Positions 60,390 to 64,000 of a stretch of 64,000 nucleotides of DNA are shown here, in pieces (the first letter of the stretch is position 1; the number at the start of each line of letters is the position of its first letter). The stretch is from Cyanobacteria bacterium P01_A01_bin.123. GTDB taxonomy: Bacteria > Cyanobacteriota > Cyanobacteriia > Phormidesmidales > Phormidesmidaceae. Location: NCBI GenBank assembly GCA_039815185.1, contig JBCBZT010000003.1, forward strand, positions 128,001 through 192,000. Direction: 5' to 3'. Made by a program: the position numbers and the translations under genes. The notes beneath the pieces were generated by a model, which did no database searches, had not been told where the DNA came from, and was given only the letters and a program-made list of their open reading frames with translations.

Positions 60390-61556
60390 ATGGCTCCAAG
60401 TAAACTTTCTGATGCAGATAAGCAGGACATCATTGTCTTGTACAAAAATCCGGGGGAAACCACATCGACCCTGGCTGAGCGCTATGGCGTCAGTAACAGC
60501 ACCATTAGTCGATTGCTCAAAAGTTCTTTGCCAGAATCCGAGTACAGCGCGCTGATTCAGCAAAAGCGTTCAGCGTCTGATTCAGCCCCGGCTTCAACCC
60601 CCTCAACTGCGCCGTCGGCGCCCAAGCTGCGCCAAACCGCTGCAAAGACGAGTTCGTCTACTACAGCGGGGGAAGAATCGGCAAAAGATGAGCAATCCCA
60701 GAAAATGCCCCGCCGTCGGACGCGATCGAAGGCCACTCAAGATAAGTCAGATCAGGCTAATGGGGAAGCGATCGGAACAGCTCTGGTAATGGCCAATCCG
60801 GGGGCTCCCTCCCCAAAGCTACAAACTGACAATGCGTCGTCCGTGTCAGACCCCATAGGGGATGTGCCCCCCTCTAAGGTGACCAAACCCACTCGACGAA
60901 AGCGATCGCGGCAGCCATCCCAAGCTGCCACGGAGACTGCAGAACAAATTAACCTGCTCGATCAATCTGAGCCCTCTGAGACGGTGACGGAACCCATCCA
61001 GGAGTCGAAGCGACCTCAGCTTAAACTACGCAATCGCGAGCCGGTTGAAGCTGAACCGCCCATGGATGAATCTTTGGATGAGCCCTTGGACGAGATCAAT
61101 GTCCTTGATGATGACGATGCTGCGTTGCCTACCCAGGATGACGACTATGGCGACGATGAAGACGACTGGGATGACGGTGATGATGAGGATGATCCCGAAG
61201 AGGGAGATGATTCGGCATCCTCGACTCAGTTCCCCAGAGAAGCGATTGTGCAGATTATTCCGCTAACCCAGGATGTACTGCCCAAACCTTGTTACTTGGT
61301 AGTCGATCGCATGGCAGAACTAGTTACCCAGCCGTTGAAGTCCTTTGGCGATTTGGGCCCGCTTCCTGAGGCCAAGACGACTGCTAGAACCCTGCCTGTG
61401 TTTGATAATCATCGAGTTGCTCGACGCTTTACCCAGCGTAACCAGCGAGTCGTCAAAGTCCCCGATGGCGGACTGTTGCACAAGACAAGCGTTTACCTCC
61501 AAGCGAAGGGCATTACCCACCTACTGATTGATGGCCGGGTGTATTCGCTGACGTAA
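60390..61556 (+). CDS. HTH-containing conserved protein with long disordered acidic linker
   Basis: TTSTLAERYGVSNSTISRLLK HTH; poly-D/E stretch; C-terminal LPVFDNHRVARRF..L.AKGIT. Confidence 0.8.
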   Translation: MAPSKLSDADKQDIIVLYKNPGETTSTLAERYGVSNSTISRLLKSSLPESEYSALIQQKRSASDSAPASTPSTAPSAPKLRQTAAKTSSSTTAGEESAKDEQSQKMPRRRTRSKATQDKSDQANGEAIGTALVMANPGAPSPKLQTDNASSVSDPIGDVPPSKVTKPTRRKRSRQPSQAATETAEQINLLDQSEPSETVTEPIQESKRPQLKLRNREPVEAEPPMDESLDEPLDEINVLDDDDAALPTQDDDYGDDEDDWDDGDDEDDPEEGDDSASSTQFPREAIVQIIPLTQDVLPKPCYLVVDRMAELVTQPLKSFGDLGPLPEAKTTARTLPVFDNHRVARRFTQRNQRVVKVPDGGLLHKTSVYLQAKGITHLLIDGRVYSLT

Positions 61557-61579
61557 GGATCAAGTGCGGCTTGCATGGT

Positions 61580-61765
61580 TCAAAACAGGGTATCGAGGAT
61601 TGTGATTAAGCGATCGCACGCTTCTAAGGTGTTGTAGTGCAGCATACTGACCCGCACCATACCGTTTTGTGTTGTTTGCCCCAAATCTTTAATCAGGCGT
61701 TTGGCATAGAAGTGGCCATGGCGGATACTAATGTTGTGGCCATAAACGTGAATGTTTGGGTGGGT
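61580..61765 (-). pseudogene. C-terminal remnant of a class V aminotransferase (cysteine desulfurase-like)
   Basis: Hand translation THPNIHVYGHNISIRHGHFYAKRLIKDLGQTTQNGMVRVSMLHYNTLEACDRLITILDTLF*. Confidence 0.8.
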
Positions 61766-61965
61766 AAATGATGTTTTGGTGAGTAAATGATGCGATAGTT
61801 GTCAATTCCAACTAAATACTGATACCATTTTTTACATTACTCTAGACTTCATTGCTTATGACTTCAGACAACGTCATAAGCTAATGTTAATTGACGGGTG
61901 CTACACCGTTCGAAGCCACGTGCAATAGAACCCAGAACACCGTCCTAAATTAATTATTGGGTGCA

Positions 61966-63096
61966 ATGGAGAGCATTTTAGAGACTCAGGAATCTTTTGA
62001 CACTCTGGAAAGAGAGTTGCTGATCTACGAGCGTGTGCTTGAGGCTCAGCCTAATAATCATGAGGCTTGGCGACATCGCAGTTATTTGCTGGGCCATTTG
62101 GGGCGTTATCAGGCGGCGATCGCCAGCTATGAGAAAACTCTAGCGCTCAATTCTAGTCATTCCGATGATTGGTTTAACTACGGCGTTGCATTAGCCCAGG
62201 CTGGGTGCTATGAAGCAGCGCTATCCAGCTATGATGAAGCACTTAATCGGTCTCCTCAATCTGCTAAAACCCTGCATCGTAAAGCATTTAGCCTCCATCG
62301 TTTGGAACGACATGAGGAAGCTTGTCAGTGCTATAAAGCTGCGCTCGCGTTAGATCCAAACTATGCTTCGGCTTGGTACCATTTGGGCAAAGTGCAGTAT
62401 GGATTGGGGCGCTATGAGGACAGTCTAGAGAGCTTTCAACAAGCTGTTGTGCTCGAACCCAATTCTTTCAAGGCGCAACAATGTTTGGGATATTTACAGA
62501 TGCGTTTTGGTTATTACACTGAGGCGCTCAAGCATTTTGTGATTGCCAGTCGGCTTCAGCCCGATAACCCCCAACCCCTGGTCCTTCAGAGCTATTTGTT
62601 ACGTCAACTCGGCAAGACTCAAGCCGCCCTTAAATGTCTCGAAGAGGCGATCGCGCTTGAGCCAGACGACCATTACTTTTGGTATCAGCGGGGGCTGACG
62701 TTAGTCAATATGGGGGCATATCCTGCTGCCCAGTCTTCTTTGGTGAAGTCACTCAAAGCAGAAGCCTATCAATATCAGGCTTGGTTGGCCTTGGGGTTAA
62801 CATTACAAAAGCTAGGCGGCTATCAAGATGCGATTGAAGCTTACAACAAAGCGTTATCCATTGAGCCAGATTTAGCCTTTGCGTTTTATCACCAAGCCTG
62901 CTGCTATGCCTATCAAGATCGGCCTGACTGGGCCATTGAACATCTGCGTCGCGCCATTGCCCTAGCCCCCCAAACCTACTTAGGCCGCGCTAAGCAAGAG
63001 CCGGTGTTGGCAAGTTTGCAGCAGGATGAACGTTTTCAAGCATTGTTAGAGGAAGATCCGACTTTAGAGACGTATTGTTTGCTCAAGGGATCATAA
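61966..63096 (+). CDS. TPR repeat protein
   Basis: About nine 34-aa repeats, W...G..L..LG.Y..A...Y..AL...P; terminal YHQACCYA. Confidence 0.92.
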   Translation: MESILETQESFDTLERELLIYERVLEAQPNNHEAWRHRSYLLGHLGRYQAAIASYEKTLALNSSHSDDWFNYGVALAQAGCYEAALSSYDEALNRSPQSAKTLHRKAFSLHRLERHEEACQCYKAALALDPNYASAWYHLGKVQYGLGRYEDSLESFQQAVVLEPNSFKAQQCLGYLQMRFGYYTEALKHFVIASRLQPDNPQPLVLQSYLLRQLGKTQAALKCLEEAIALEPDDHYFWYQRGLTLVNMGAYPAAQSSLVKSLKAEAYQYQAWLALGLTLQKLGGYQDAIEAYNKALSIEPDLAFAFYHQACCYAYQDRPDWAIEHLRRAIALAPQTYLGRAKQEPVLASLQQDERFQALLEEDPTLETYCLLKGS

Positions 63097-63342
63097 GGAC
63101 TAGAGAGGCTAGGTCGATGAGTTTTCAGTGTGGCATTCTGAGTTGAATGCAACGGAATATTACGCGATCGTGCTTAAAGTTCAAGCATTCCTAAGCGATG
63201 TCCTCAATTGGGTCAGTGCTTTATTAGGATAAAGATAAGCCCCATCTGATTTGCAAACTTGAGGGTTTACCTCAAAGAAAAGCTGTGGATCTGGATGTTG
63301 ACGCGGTTTCGATGCCCTTCACACCCAAAATCGGAGACCATC

Positions 63343-63522
63343 ATGGACAAAACACTGCTTGGCCTCTTCATCCTAAGCTTGGTTCTGGTATTAGCTTGGG
63401 CAACTCATGCGGTAATGATGCTAACAATCATTATTGGGTTGGCATATTTAGTGATTTGGGGATCTTGGAATTTGTTGCAGGTTTTGAATAATGCCAGCAA
63501 CCCTAGGCGGGTTTTGGATTGA
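63343..63522 (+). CDS. Small two-TM membrane protein
   Basis: GGAGA RBS before ATG 63343; 59 aa, very hydrophobic. Confidence 0.55.
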   Translation: MDKTLLGLFILSLVLVLAWATHAVMMLTIIIGLAYLVIWGSWNLLQVLNNASNPRRVLD

Positions 63523-63531
63523 GCCACTGCG

Positions 63532-64000
63532 CTAGCCAAATTCTTGCAGGCTGAATTTTTGTAGGGCTAGCTTTGCTGCGCCAACGGTTCCAGCTTGGTT
63601 GCCTAATTCTGCTAATAAAACCTGTAGCCCCTCCCGAGAACTAGGGATGACTCGACGTTCAATTTCAGCTAGGGTGGTGGGCAAAAATAACTCGGCTCCG
63701 GCGCTGATGCCGCCCCCCAAGACAACAACTTCTGGGGTCAGCACGTAGATCAAGCTGGTAATCCCTGCCCCTAGATGACGACCGTACTGTTGCCAAAATG
63801 CGATCGCCTCTGAATCGCCAGCTTTAGCTTTGGCGGCCAGTTCTCCAGGTTCGCACCCCGTTTCACGCCGAACTGCTTGTACGGAGCAATGCTGTTCTAA
63901 GGAGCCTTGGTTGCCGCTATTACAGGGTGGCCCATTAGGGTTAAGTGTAATCAGACCCAGTTCTCCCGCGGCGCCCGTGCGCCCGACAAAAAGTTGGCCA
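63532..64000 (-). CDS. ROK family sugar kinase (partial, runs off window end)
   Basis: GAAGELG, CNSGNQGSLE, PEVVVLGGGIS, LGNQAGTVGAA. Confidence 0.92.
   Translation of the reverse strand, partial: GQLFVGRTGAAGELGLITLNPNGPPCNSGNQGSLEQHCSVQAVRRETGCEPGELAAKAKAGDSEAIAFWQQYGRHLGAGITSLIYVLTPEVVVLGGGISAGAELFLPTTLAEIERRVIPSSREGLQVLLAELGNQAGTVGAAKLALQKFSLQEFG

Noticed and set aside
60390..61556. HTH protein as a transposase
   Set aside because: No DDE domain, terminal inverted repeats or target duplication seen
1..64000. Very frequent GCGATCGC
   Set aside because: Known HIP1 of cyanobacteria; only its local absence is informative

Overview
Cyanobacterial chromosomal window (abundant HIP1 GCGATCGC, ndhM, petM, ycf39, rbp-rpsU, hemC, ribBA), probably from a filamentous Leptolyngbya-like strain (inference). 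It is mostly housekeeping and conserved hypothetical genes, with two tRNAs (Ser-TGA, Arg-TCT). One HIP1-poor accessory patch (about 28.0-35.3 kb) holds a BrnT-type toxin-antitoxin pair, xisI, a broken xisH, a broken KTSC gene and a large NACHT-WD40 (NLR-like) gene. That gene has two lesions in its N-terminal part and a low-GC, apparently swapped WD40 half. Other points of interest: a pseudokinase-PP2C / CHAT-FHA protease / small-protein cluster; a phased array of six RTCAC motifs at about 22-bp spacing; an ArgC whose catalytic Cys is replaced by Ser; a textbook NtcA+NtcB promoter before nrtP; a perfect RpaB HLR1 box; a five-hairpin 3' region behind rbp-rpsU; and two gene remnants missed by the ORF track. 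No CRISPR array, integrase or IS transposase was seen. All family calls are from motif recognition by eye, with no database search.
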